From assembly GCA_963664195.1 (NCBI GenBank), contig OY760907.1, positions 1,088,001 to 1,152,000 of the forward strand: DNA of 64,000 bases. The letters run 5' to 3'. Every line of letters begins with the position of its first letter. Positions within the stretch are counted from its first letter, which is position 1. Position numbers and translations under genes: made by a program. Origin of the DNA: an uncultured candidate division Zixibacteria bacterium. GTDB lineage: Bacteria; Zixibacteria; MSB-5A5; GN15; FEB-12. This document shows, piece by piece, positions 1 to 9,251 of the stretch. The notes beneath the pieces were generated by a model that searched no databases, was not told the origin of the DNA, and saw nothing but the letters and a program-made list of their open reading frames with translations.

Positions 1-452
1 ACTTCCTCCGGCCGTATCTTGAGGATGCAACCTATCTCGATCTGTTCAGCGGTACCGGGTCGTATCTTTTTGAGGCAGTCTCACGCGGGGCAGCAAAAGC
101 GGTTGGTGTAGAGATGGAAACGCAACTGGCCGATTCGATCAATCAGCAAGCATTCGAGATGCAGGTGAACAATCGTCTCCGATGCGTGTGCGGGGATGTA
201 TTGACGGTCATCCCGCAATTGTCAGTACAGAATGAGCGATTTGATCTTATCATGATGGCTCCGCCCCAATACCGTGGGATCATCGACACAACGTTGAAAT
301 CGCTGGCAGAGCATTCGCTGCTGGCCCCCGACGGACTGCTTCTTTGTCAGCACGATACTTCGGAGACGGCGCGCACAGATTTCTCCTCGCATGAGATCGT
401 GCAGCAACGTAAGTACGGTAACACAACGTTCACGATATTGAAGGATAAGTGA
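1..452 (+). CDS. rsmD: 16S rRNA m2G966 methyltransferase RsmD family (5'-truncated by window edge)
   Basis: Frame open from nt 3: FLRPYLEDATYLDLFSGTGSYLFEAVSRGA (SAM motif I plus EAxSRGA); ends with RKYGNT, typical of RsmD. Motif IV reads APPQY rather than DPPY. Confidence 0.85.
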   Translation, partial: FLRPYLEDATYLDLFSGTGSYLFEAVSRGAAKAVGVEMETQLADSINQQAFEMQVNNRLRCVCGDVLTVIPQLSVQNERFDLIMMAPPQYRGIIDTTLKSLAEHSLLAPDGLLLCQHDTSETARTDFSSHEIVQQRKYGNTTFTILKDK

Positions 453-522
453 GCGATCACGACCTACGTGCTGACAGACGTCCCTGTCTGACGGCACATG
501 TACCGAAAGCAAACCAGGAGAC

Positions 523-1107
523 ATGATGCCCAAGAATTCCAGCACGCTCACGAAATACGGATTTACGCGAGCGGGTCGATGGACGTTGACCCCCATTTCA
601 AAAACAGGAGTGGACTATCAATTGATGACCCTGCAAAAAGAGCGTGTAATCTACTGCTTCACGGTCGATTCGAGTGTGATGTATGTCGGCTGCTGCGCCT
701 CAATGGTCACGGCTCTGAAAGATCGTATGCGACGGTACAAAGCCGGACAGGGATCGGGGTCGAATGTTCGCGTGGCGAATGCCATTCTGAAGAGTCTTCA
801 GTCCGGAAAAGAAGTCGACATCTATGCCTGGAGGCCTCCGCTTCCGGAACAGCACAAAGGTCTGCAGTGCGATCCTGTGGTTGGATACGAGAGGGCATTG
901 ATCAAGGCCCTCTCGCCGGAGTGGAACCAGGCGAGGGAGTCTCCTGTAGGCCGGTGTTCCGAGGTCCGCATACCATGCGGATCGAGAAACCCGACATCTT
1001 CCGTCTCACTTGTGGGCGGCAGACGCCCTCGTCTGCCCCAAGTAGGGAGTCTCATCAGTAATTCATCCGGTCCAAACAAGTTTGAACCGGCCACCCGACC
1101 TCGATAG
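523..1107 (+). CDS. GIY-YIG nuclease family protein with C-terminal extension read through palindromic repeats
   Basis: VIYCF...MYVG, LKDRM, late ERALIKALSPEWN motif; AGGAG RBS upstream. The last ~55 codons overlap the repeat cluster. Confidence 0.7.
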   Translation: MMPKNSSTLTKYGFTRAGRWTLTPISKTGVDYQLMTLQKERVIYCFTVDSSVMYVGCCASMVTALKDRMRRYKAGQGSGSNVRVANAILKSLQSGKEVDIYAWRPPLPEQHKGLQCDPVVGYERALIKALSPEWNQARESPVGRCSEVRIPCGSRNPTSSVSLVGGRRPRLPQVGSLISNSSGPNKFEPATRPR

Positions 1108-1378
1108 TCGTAGGTCGAAACTCCTGTAGTTTCGACTTCATGAAAAAACCGATTTGTGGGCATGAGACGTGTCGCCTGCCCAGCCTCACGTACGACCGTT
1201 CTTCGGTACCCCACCTAGAGTGGAACCACTCGTGGCGTTGTGTTGGGCGGGAGCAAGACACCCTCAAACTCCGCAGAGCAATTTTCGCACGAAAGCATTC
1301 CAGATCGTTTGAGGGTGGCACGCGATATATGAGAATACGGTGTTTCAACGGGCACACGGGGGCGTGTGCCGCGCACGA
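946..1378. repeat. Cluster of REP-like GTAG/GTGG-hairpin elements (mosaic of at least 7 modules)
   Basis: 1010-1040 is identical (31 bp) to 29965-29995; 1201-1225 resembles 45529-45553 and the reverse complement of 11100-11124; 1254-1327 resembles 10974-11046; 1340-1378 resembles 30124-30160 and 28802-28828. Confidence 0.85.
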
Positions 1379-1387
1379 AACTCGCAC

Positions 1388-1418
1388 AAAAAAAGACGCC
1401 CCGTTCAGGGCGCCTTTT
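1388..1418 (-). terminator. Rho-independent terminator after rplS
   Basis: GACGCCC-cgttca-GGGCGCC stem with A7 run on + strand (T7 on - strand), just downstream of the rplS stop. Confidence 0.7.
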
Positions 1419-1451
1419 CTATTCGAGATATCGTAACCGTCGTAAGACGAA

Positions 1452-2117
1452 TTACTCAGTCTTTTCGTCTGGATTGTCGTCGGTCTTCTCTTCAGCAGGA
1501 GCTTCGGCAGCAGCTTTGGCTTCTTCCTCGGCTTTGGCTTTAGCTTCAACCTCAGCGGCTGCTTTGGCTTCGGCTTCTTCCTTCGCTTTAGCTTCTGCTG
1601 CGGCCTTGGCGGCAGTTTCGGCTTCGGCTTTCGCCTTGGCTTCGGCATCGGCCACAGCCTTGGCTTCAGCTTCAGCTTTTGCCTTTGCTTCGGCTTCAGC
1701 GGCAGCTTTCGCTTCGGCAATGACCTTCAATCGGGCTTCTTCTTTGGCCTTGGCCTTCATACCCTTGACACTTGACGGCAGTTCCTCTTTGATACGAGCA
1801 GACTTACCGGTCAGTTTACGCAGGTAATATAGCTTGCTGCGACGCACCTGGCCGATACGCAGGCGCTCTATCTTGGCCACATTGGGCGAGTTCAACGGGA
1901 AGATTCTTTCCACACCGATACCGTTGGATACTTTGCGAACGGTGAATGTCGCTGCCGTACCGCCACCACGGCGACCGATAACCGTACCCTGGAACATTTG
2001 GATACGCTCTTTGTCGCCTTCCTTAATCCGGACGTGAACGCGAATGGTATCGCCGGATTTGAAATCGGGATGGTCGTCCCGGAGATAGGTCTTTTCTATC
2101 TGTGAGATCTGTCTCAT
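1452..2117 (-). CDS. rplS: 50S ribosomal protein L19 with long Ala/Glu/Lys-rich C-terminal extension
   Basis: [31 protein letters not shown]...[18 protein letters not shown]...[10 protein letters not shown]; last gene of the trmD operon. Confidence 0.97.
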   Translation of the reverse strand: MRQISQIEKTYLRDDHPDFKSGDTIRVHVRIKEGDKERIQMFQGTVIGRRGGGTAATFTVRKVSNGIGVERIFPLNSPNVAKIERLRIGQVRRSKLYYLRKLTGKSARIKEELPSSVKGMKAKAKEEARLKVIAEAKAAAEAEAKAKAEAEAKAVADAEAKAKAEAETAAKAAAEAKAKEEAEAKAAAEVEAKAKAEEEAKAAAEAPAEEKTDDNPDEKTE

Positions 2118-2135
2118 ACCGTTTTCCTTTCTCTA

Positions 2136-2891
2136 TCAATCAATATGCTTGTTGTCATCAATCAGTTTCCGCTCCTCGGCGGTCAGCTCGGCTTCCTCTA
2201 TAAGGTCCGGCCGATTTATCAAACACTTCTTCAGCGCTTCAGCCTGGCGAAACTTCCGTATCAGGGCATGATCGCCCGATAGCAGTTCCTCCGGTATCGC
2301 CAGTCCCTCATACTCCGCAGGACGCGTGTACACCGGAGTGCCGATACGATGATTCATATGTGAATCCTCCAAAGCGGATTCAAAATTCCCCAGGACTCCC
2401 GGTATCAACCGGGCAATCGAGTCAAGAATGACTGCGGCCGCCGGTTCGCCGCCGGAGAGGACGTAATCCCCGATAGAGATTTCGTCGATGTCGTACAACC
2501 GCAGGATGCGTTCATCGATGCCAAGGTAGTGGCCGCAGATAATCGTGATTCGGTCACACAGCGAATACTTGATCGCCTTCTGCTGGCCAAACGATTTACC
2601 GGCCGCCGAGGTCAACAGGATTCGCTGTTTGGCATCCGGTGCGCCTTCGTCGTCCCTGTGGACGTATCCAAGAGACTGCAAACACCGATCCAGCGGTTCC
2701 ACCTTCATCACCATGCCGCCCCCACCACCAAACGGCGTTTCATCAACCGTGTGGTGCTTGTCGGTGGTAAAGTCCCGAGGGTTTATTATGTCGATGTCAA
2801 AGAGCTTCTTCTCCCGGGCCTTGCCTATCAGTGACTGTTCCAGCGAGAGGCTGAAGTAGTCCGGGAAGAGCGTTAGTATCTCAAACTTCAT
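2136..2891 (-). CDS. trmD: tRNA (guanine37-N1)-methyltransferase
   Basis: ILTLFP, VDETPFGGGGGMVMK, ICGHYLGIDER, SIGDYVLSGGE, YTRP motifs. Confidence 0.97.
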   Translation of the reverse strand: MKFEILTLFPDYFSLSLEQSLIGKAREKKLFDIDIINPRDFTTDKHHTVDETPFGGGGGMVMKVEPLDRCLQSLGYVHRDDEGAPDAKQRILLTSAAGKSFGQQKAIKYSLCDRITIICGHYLGIDERILRLYDIDEISIGDYVLSGGEPAAAVILDSIARLIPGVLGNFESALEDSHMNHRIGTPVYTRPAEYEGLAIPEELLSGDHALIRKFRQAEALKKCLINRPDLIEEAELTAEERKLIDDNKHID

Positions 2892-3430
2892 TTGCCGTTC
2901 TTGTTCTCGGCCCCACCCAGCAGGCCGGCCGATCTCACAACAATCTTCTTTCCTTCGGCGTCGATCTCTTTCACGTACTCGGCAACCGCCGGAAAAAGCA
3001 CTTCTGTGCCTCCGGTCAACTTGATAACATAGGCATCATTAGCCGGGTAGCGAAGCACATCGGTCAGTTCACCGACCTCTTCGCCGGTCTCCTCTTCGAA
3101 GACCCGGCAGCCTATCAGCTCGAAGATGTAATGTTCATCCTCGGGCAGTTTTACCAGTTGGTCTCTGGGTACTGCCAGCATTCGGTTCGTGAGCCGTACT
3201 GCCTGTTCCTTGGTGTTGACCCCGGCGAATTTCAGCACCGGACGGTCAGAGACCAGTTCCGAAGACTTTATCTTCAACCGTTCCCATTGGCCACGGTTGT
3301 CAAGATAGATTTCTTTCAGTTCCAGGAACCTGTCGGGGAAATCCGTCATAGGTGTGACCCAAATCTCACCCTTGACGCCCCGATGGCGGCCCAGCTTGCC
3401 GACAACAATAAATCGTTGAGAATCGTTCAA
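2888..3430 (-). CDS. rimM: Ribosome maturation factor RimM
   Basis: VGKLGRHRGVKGE, LPEDEHYIFELIG, PANDAYVI; located between khpA and trmD. Confidence 0.95.
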   Translation of the reverse strand: MNDSQRFIVVGKLGRHRGVKGEIWVTPMTDFPDRFLELKEIYLDNRGQWERLKIKSSELVSDRPVLKFAGVNTKEQAVRLTNRMLAVPRDQLVKLPEDEHYIFELIGCRVFEEETGEEVGELTDVLRYPANDAYVIKLTGGTEVLFPAVAEYVKEIDAEGKKIVVRSAGLLGGAENKNGK

Positions 3431-3661
3431 TTATTCCAGTATTTCCAGAACGGCTCGCTTGCCCTTTCGTGCCGCTGCTGCCGCCAGCAGGGTTCGAATT
3501 GATTTTGCGGTCTGACCACTCTTGCCGATCACCTTGCCGAGGTCCCCCTGTCCCACGCGAAGTTCGTACACCGTTGTCCGGGTACCCTCAACTTCATCGA
3601 CCTCAACTTCGTCCGGTTTATCTACTAAAGCCCTGACAATGTTTAGGATGAATTCCTTCAT
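3431..3661 (-). CDS. khpA: KH-domain RNA-binding protein KhpA/YlqC
   Basis: LVDKPDEV...DLGKVIGKSGQTAKSIRTLL; canonical position after rpsP. Confidence 0.93.
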   Translation of the reverse strand: MKEFILNIVRALVDKPDEVEVDEVEGTRTTVYELRVGQGDLGKVIGKSGQTAKSIRTLLAAAAARKGKRAVLEILE

Positions 3662-3768
3662 AATAGCCCCCTTCCATAGTCGGTAGCGTTAGCGTATGTA
3701 GATATCAGTTATTGTCTCTGTATTCCGGGTCAGAAATTCCGCTCATCGATTCAGCGAGCAACCGTTTC

Positions 3769-4212
3769 CTATTCCGATTTCTCTTCCGACGCCTCCTCCG
3801 ACGCAGCCTTTTCAGCCGCAGCTTTCTTCTCGGCTTCGGCCTTTTCAGCCTCTGCGACAGCGTTGAGGGCCGCTTTCTTCATCTTGCGGGTTTTCTTCTT
3901 CCGCTCGGCAATGGTCTTCTTCAACTCTACTTCTGATACGTCACCACCGGATTTGGCTTTGTGATATTTTTCGGTAAAGCCAATCTGAGTAAGCAAAGAA
4001 GCAACCGTGTCACTCGGAACACCACCCTGGTCGAACCAGTAAGTCAGGCGTTCTTCTTTAACGGTAACCGACGCCGGTTTTTCAATCGGATTGTAAGTAC
4101 CCAGCACTTCCAGGAATCGTCCGTCACGAGCACGACGAGAATCCGCGGCTACGATCCGGTAAAACGGACGCTTCTTTGCGCCCATTCGACGAAGTCTAAT
4201 GTGTACTGCCAA
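3769..4212 (-). CDS. rpsP: 30S ribosomal protein S16 with charged C-terminal extension
   Basis: MAVHIRLRRMGAKKRPFYRIVAADSRRARDGRFLEVLGTYNP. Confidence 0.97.
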   Translation of the reverse strand: MAVHIRLRRMGAKKRPFYRIVAADSRRARDGRFLEVLGTYNPIEKPASVTVKEERLTYWFDQGGVPSDTVASLLTQIGFTEKYHKAKSGGDVSEVELKKTIAERKKKTRKMKKAALNAVAEAEKAEAEKKAAAEKAASEEASEEKSE

Positions 4213-4236
4213 TAGTAACCTCCACTTTCATCATAT

Positions 4237-5559
4237 CTAGAACTGTAAGAATTCTTTCGGTACGCCTTTGAGCTTCTTCTTCCCGAGACTGCCGAACATC
4301 TTCTGCATCTGGAAGAACTGTTTCAGCAACTGGTTGACGGTCTGGACGGTGTTACCCGACCCGGCCGCAATGCGTTTCTTGCGGGAACCGTCGATAATTT
4401 TCGGGTTGCGTCGCTCCTGTATCGTCATGGACTTAATAATAGCTGCCGTTTTTTCAATCGCCCGCTCGTCGAACTTGATCCCCTTGAGCTGTTTGCCCAT
4501 GCCCGGAATCATCCCCATCACGGACTCCAGCGGTCCCATCTTCTTCAGCTGGTTCATCTGTTCGAGGAAATCCTCAAAATCAAACTGGGCCTTCAGGATC
4601 TTCTTCTGGAGTTCCTCTGCCTTCTCGGTGTCGACAGTCTCCTGCGCCTTCTCGACAAGAGTAACAATGTCCCCCATACCGAGAATACGAGAAGCCAGAC
4701 GGTCCGGATGGAACGGCTCAAGATCGGAGAGTTTTTCACCCACCGAAGCGAGCTTGATCGGGCATCCTGTTACCTCGCGGATTGACAGGGCGGCGCCTCC
4801 GCGTGCATCACCGTCGAGCTTGGAAAGCGTCACGCCGGTGATATCGAGCCTGTTGTGGAACTGCTCTGCAACGTTGACCGCGTCCTGACCGGTCATGCTG
4901 TCTGCGACGAGCAGAATCTCATCCGGCTTGACCGACTGCTTGATCTCCTCAAGCTCGCTCATAAGTTCGTCATCGACATGCAGTCGACCGGCCGTATCGA
5001 GTATGACCAGATCAATGAAGTTCTTTTCAGCGTACTTGACGGCCTCACGGCAGATCACCTGCGGGGTGGCTTTCTCGATATGGAAATGCTCCACCTGGAT
5101 TGAATCCGCAAGCACCTTGAGTTGTTTGACCGCTGCCGGACGATAAATATCGGCCGCAACGACCAGCGGCTTCTTGTTTTTCCGCTTGGCCATCAACGCA
5201 ATCTTGCCGGTCAGGGTCGTTTTGCCGGAGCCCTGCAAACCACAGATCATGTAGACGGTGGGAGCTTTATCGATGGGAGCGAGAGTGGCGGTTGTGCCGC
5301 CTAAGAGTTCGACAAGTTCGTCATGAACGATCTTGACAATATGCTGGCCGGGATCAATTGACTTGAGAACTTCAGTGCCGATTGCCTTTTCTTCAACTGA
5401 TTTGACAAACCGACGCGCAACTTTGAAGTTGACATCCGCCTCAAGGAGCGCCTGGCGGACTTCCCGCATGGACTCCTTGATATTCTTTTCGGTTATCTTG
5501 CCTAAACCGCGTATCTTCTTGAACGCGAGGTCAAGCTTATCAGTCAAATTTGAAAACAT
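4237..5559 (-). CDS. ffh: Signal recognition particle protein Ffh
   Basis: ALLEADVN, GLQGSGKTT, DTAGR, KLDGDARGGAALS, RILGMGD, Met-rich M domain. Confidence 0.98.
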   Translation of the reverse strand: MFSNLTDKLDLAFKKIRGLGKITEKNIKESMREVRQALLEADVNFKVARRFVKSVEEKAIGTEVLKSIDPGQHIVKIVHDELVELLGGTTATLAPIDKAPTVYMICGLQGSGKTTLTGKIALMAKRKNKKPLVVAADIYRPAAVKQLKVLADSIQVEHFHIEKATPQVICREAVKYAEKNFIDLVILDTAGRLHVDDELMSELEEIKQSVKPDEILLVADSMTGQDAVNVAEQFHNRLDITGVTLSKLDGDARGGAALSIREVTGCPIKLASVGEKLSDLEPFHPDRLASRILGMGDIVTLVEKAQETVDTEKAEELQKKILKAQFDFEDFLEQMNQLKKMGPLESVMGMIPGMGKQLKGIKFDERAIEKTAAIIKSMTIQERRNPKIIDGSRKKRIAAGSGNTVQTVNQLLKQFFQMQKMFGSLGKKKLKGVPKEFLQF

Positions 5560-5738
5560 GGCACTGAGGGTGTGGTGTTCACCTGCGAGCTAAACGTTAT
5601 TTGTCCCGGGCCTTTTGCCCTTATACGAGCTTGGCAATATAGGCAAATACAAGGATTTGGCAAGCAATTAATCTCGCCGTGGGCTGGTTTCTGGACGCAG
5701 GTAATCCGTTGCGGTACAGTCAACTGCACAAACCGGTA

Positions 5739-6701
5739 TTACTCCCCGGCTATTTCCTTGACTGCCTTTTTGATCCGATCCGAGACCGGCTCCCCCGGTT
5801 TGAGCACATAATCAAGTCCGGTTTCGACCATACCGTCGCCGGCAAACGCCATCGTCTTGCACCCGCAGGCCTGAGCTTCTTTCAGAACCAACCCGAAACC
5901 TTCATCTACTGACAGCAAGGCAAACAAAGTTGCCCGGTTGTACACACCGACCAGTTCATCGCGAGAGGCCGGGCCCATCAGTCGAATGCGATCCCCTACG
6001 CCCAGATCACGGATAAGCGCCTCAAGACGCTCCTTTTCGGGGCCTTGCCCGTAGATTTCCAGTTCCATAGCATCGATTTTGGCTACCTCCCCGATCAGGC
6101 GGTCGAACCCCTTGCGGGAGATAAGCGACCCTATCGAAATAACGAGATTGGGTTTGCGCTCCTCGTGTCGGTTCTCAAACATGCTGCCGATCGGCATCGG
6201 TTCGACAGAAATCTTGCTCTCATCTATGAATGGATACAACTCCAGCAATACGGATTTCAGGTGTCCGGACACACACTGCCAGTGTTTGACTTTTTTTGCT
6301 CGTTCTTTGTAGAGGTTGGCAATCCAGGGTGATTTCTGGAGCCAGAACATGTCGGTGCCGTGGCAAATGACGTTGATATCATCGAAATGCTTGGTTGCGT
6401 ACACCCCCTGCGGAATCCACCAGTGCGCAATGACTTCGACCGGTTTGCCGCCGTTCTTCTTGATACAGTTCTGGATATCTCGCCTGATTGAGCTTGAAAT
6501 CGTGAAAAAGTACTTGATGAACTTGGGCCATTTGAGCGGATTCTTAACGCTTTTGGTCATCGGATATTCGCCGAACGGATAGTTGAAAACGATCACTTCC
6601 TCGCCGGTTGTCCTGCGAAGGTGCTCCTCGTGATCCTGCACAAAAAGCCCTGCCAGCGGGTTGTCTTCGTTCGGATAGTTGTGAGTGAGGATTACGATCA
6701 T
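5739..6701 (-). CDS. Glycosyltransferase family 4 (GT-B)
   Basis: IGSLISRKG, IYGQGPEK, EGFGLVLKEAQACG (ExxxxxxxE motif). Confidence 0.85.
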   Translation of the reverse strand: MIVILTHNYPNEDNPLAGLFVQDHEEHLRRTTGEEVIVFNYPFGEYPMTKSVKNPLKWPKFIKYFFTISSSIRRDIQNCIKKNGGKPVEVIAHWWIPQGVYATKHFDDINVICHGTDMFWLQKSPWIANLYKERAKKVKHWQCVSGHLKSVLLELYPFIDESKISVEPMPIGSMFENRHEERKPNLVISIGSLISRKGFDRLIGEVAKIDAMELEIYGQGPEKERLEALIRDLGVGDRIRLMGPASRDELVGVYNRATLFALLSVDEGFGLVLKEAQACGCKTMAFAGDGMVETGLDYVLKPGEPVSDRIKKAVKEIAGE

Positions 6702-6796
6702 ATATCTATCTCCAGAGAATTAGAGTCATGCAAACAGGACTGCGGCTGTCACAAGCTATACTCAGCCGCAATATCGTCGAGCGACTGGACCTTGGT

Positions 6797-7756
6797 TCAG
6801 TTGATGATTTCCTTGATGGTGTATTTGCCCGCGGGGTCTTTGTCGTTCATGGCAATCATCTCGCTGACCAGTCCAATCGAGAAAATCTGCGCCCCGAATA
6901 TGACCATCAGGATTGATAACAAAAAGAGCGGCAGATAGTTACCGACTCCAATCCCCCAAAATATCTTCTGCACGTAAAGCGCCACAATAATGAGACTGCC
7001 CAGGCCGGACGCAAGCAGACCTATGGTGCCAAACAGGTGTAGCGGACGACTGGTGAATTTGGTCAGGAAAACAACCGTCAGGAGATCGAGAAAACCGCGG
7101 AGGAATTTCGAAAAACCGTACTTGGTCTCTCCGTGAACGCGGGGAAGGTTCTGGACCGTGACTTCCTTGATCGTGTAACCGTCGCGACGAGCCAGCAACG
7201 GCTGGTACCGGAACAACTCGCCGTGGAGTTCGCGCGAGATCGATTTGGCGACATTGGAGCGATACGCCTTGAAAGGGCAGTTCATATCGTGAATCTTGAG
7301 ACCGGTCAGTCGCGCCGAAACACGGTTGAAAATCCAGGACGGCAGTGATTTGCCTGCAACCGGATCGGCCCCTTCCGTCTTCCAGCCCACTACAAGATCA
7401 TACCCGGCGTCGATTTGCTCAATCACTTTCGGGATGTCGGTCGGGTCGTCTTGAAGGTCACCGTCCATAGTCACGATGATATCGCCGGCAGCCAGATCAA
7501 ACCCGGCCGCGTAGCCGCCGGACTTGCCGAAATTGCGCGTGAATCGAATGATATGGACCCGTTCGTCTTTTTCGTGCAGGTCGCTGAGGACTTTGAAAGT
7601 AAGGTCGGTGGAGCCGTCGTCGACAAATATCAGCTCGAAGGTCCGCCCCATCTCATCGAGGGTTTCGAGCAACTTCTCATAGAGGAGCGGGACGTTTTTC
7701 TCTTCGTTAAGGAGAGGGATAACTATCGACAGGTCATACGATTGTGCAGCGGCCAT
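6797..7756 (-). CDS. Glycosyltransferase family 2, polyprenyl-phosphate glycosyltransferase (ArnC/DPM1-like) with two C-terminal TM helices
   Basis: SIVIPLLNEE, VDDGSTD, RNFGK, MDGDLQDDP, R..GETKY. Confidence 0.9.
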   Translation of the reverse strand: MAAAQSYDLSIVIPLLNEEKNVPLLYEKLLETLDEMGRTFELIFVDDGSTDLTFKVLSDLHEKDERVHIIRFTRNFGKSGGYAAGFDLAAGDIIVTMDGDLQDDPTDIPKVIEQIDAGYDLVVGWKTEGADPVAGKSLPSWIFNRVSARLTGLKIHDMNCPFKAYRSNVAKSISRELHGELFRYQPLLARRDGYTIKEVTVQNLPRVHGETKYGFSKFLRGFLDLLTVVFLTKFTSRPLHLFGTIGLLASGLGSLIIVALYVQKIFWGIGVGNYLPLFLLSILMVIFGAQIFSIGLVSEMIAMNDKDPAGKYTIKEIIN

Positions 7757-7955
7757 TTCACCGTCCTTATTGCGATTCGAGGCGAACGGTTAATTAAGGC
7801 ATTATGCCGTAACTTGTCAAGAAGGCAGTAACAACTGACAGGCCGATCAAATCCTATAGCTTGCAAACATACGTCATTTGGTTTATCTTGTTTTTGTCTG
7901 GACGGTACCGCCGTTTCAGACGTCATATTTGTACTTCGTACAGGAGGGACTGAGT

Positions 7956-8357
7956 ATGTTTGCACACAAAATCACGTTCATCGCAGTGATTCTGATCGGT
8001 TTCTGTCTCATGGCTGGCTGCGACGATGACAATCCATTCGCACCCGACTACACTGACCCGAACGAAGTTCTCGACGTAAATTCCGGGGCTTTTTTCCTGA
8101 TCACCGTCCATGCCAACGCAACCACCGGCTACGAGTGGTTTCTGGCACAGACTCTGGACTCCGCCAGGGTCATGTTCCTTGGAAAGGATTACATTGGTGA
8201 TCCGAATCCGGACGGTCTTTGCGGTGTGGGTGGTCGTGAGGTGTGGTGTTTTGGTGCCGTATCTTCCGGAGAAACGACTATTCGCATGAAACACTGTCAG
8301 ATGGGAGACACGACTATTGTGGAAGATACCTTAAGCGTCTCCGTAAACATACACTAA
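7956..8357 (+). CDS. Lipoprotein, chagasin-family (I42) cysteine protease inhibitor
   Basis: Lipobox LMAGC; NATTGYEW and GxxGxGG motifs characteristic of chagasin/ICP; AGGAGG RBS before ATG 7956. Confidence 0.8.
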   Translation: MFAHKITFIAVILIGFCLMAGCDDDNPFAPDYTDPNEVLDVNSGAFFLITVHANATTGYEWFLAQTLDSARVMFLGKDYIGDPNPDGLCGVGGREVWCFGAVSSGETTIRMKHCQMGDTTIVEDTLSVSVNIH

Positions 8358-8372
8358 GGTTAGTCGGGAATC

Positions 8373-9251
8373 TCAGCCTACCGACAGATACCTCTCCAAC
8401 CACTCTTTGCGGTAGGTATCGATTTCCCGGTACGAACCGTCTTTCAGCGCCACGTGTCCTCCCCCCGCCAGAACGTGGCTTTCATACGGAAGGTCCAGCT
8501 TCTGTAACTCCGCGGCAAAGGCTTCGGTTTGCGAAAGCGGAATAACTCTGTCCTGGTCACCGTGGAGCAGAAGTATCGGCGTGGTCTTGGGGAGTTGCCG
8601 GACAAAGTGAAGCGCTGAGCGACGCTTCAACTCCGCTTCTCGTTCTTCGGGAGTGAACTGCGACAGCAATTGGTCGCAGAATCGGGCGAAGTTCTTTTTC
8701 TCGTCGCACATGCTACAAATGTCCGTCACTCCGGCATGCACAATCGCGCAACGGAACCGTGAGTCCAGAGTCAACACGCGATAGGTCGTCATCCCGCCCC
8801 GGCTGGCACCCTCGATGCCGAAACGGTCCAGATCAGCCCCGGGAAGATACTTAGCGGTCTCCACAAGATTTAGAGAATCGCGGACGTCTTCCCCGCCCCA
8901 ATCCTCCACCCCTTCCGATCCTCGATTCCCACGGTAGTGCGTTGCCAACACGATATATCCCCACAACGCGGTCGAGGCGAGAATGAGAAAGGCGGTGAGA
9001 TCATGAAGCGCCCCCCGGTCACCTGAGCCGCCCCGATTCCAGATCAACACGGGATATCGCCCGGCGGCCTTTGGACGTGCCAGGTAACCGTTGATCCGAA
9101 GACCGTCGGACATGTATGTAATCCGCTCGACCGTCGTCCGTTCAAGCACGTCGCGGGAGTACATCCGTTCGACTGCATCTGTCTCATGTTTTCGGAGTTG
9201 CACCGGCGTGGAGTTGATAATCGTTCCGTTGGGATACTTTACGGCGTTCAT
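8373..9251 (-). CDS. Prolyl oligopeptidase (S9) family alpha/beta hydrolase
   Basis: GASRGG nucleophile elbow, LLHGDQD, GGGH. Confidence 0.85.
   Translation of the reverse strand: MNAVKYPNGTIINSTPVQLRKHETDAVERMYSRDVLERTTVERITYMSDGLRINGYLARPKAAGRYPVLIWNRGGSGDRGALHDLTAFLILASTALWGYIVLATHYRGNRGSEGVEDWGGEDVRDSLNLVETAKYLPGADLDRFGIEGASRGGMTTYRVLTLDSRFRCAIVHAGVTDICSMCDEKKNFARFCDQLLSQFTPEEREAELKRRSALHFVRQLPKTTPILLLHGDQDRVIPLSQTEAFAAELQKLDLPYESHVLAGGGHVALKDGSYREIDTYRKEWLERYLSVG

Noticed and set aside
498..1061. 187-aa + ORF overlapping the GIY-YIG gene
   Set aside because: Alternate frame with no motifs; the 523 frame has an RBS and family motifs.
946..1378. Possible CRISPR array or integron attC array
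   Set aside because: Units are not identical, regularly spaced direct repeats; no cas or integrase gene; no RYYYAAC/GTTRRRY core pairs recognised.
1055..1827. Lys/Pro-rich and Ala/Ser-rich ORFs (1055-1720 -, 1366-1827 +)
   Set aside because: Alternative-frame and antisense readings of the repetitive rplS tail.
5560..5738. Possible SRP RNA next to ffh
   Set aside because: No domain IV CAGG...GGAA...AGCAG helix found.
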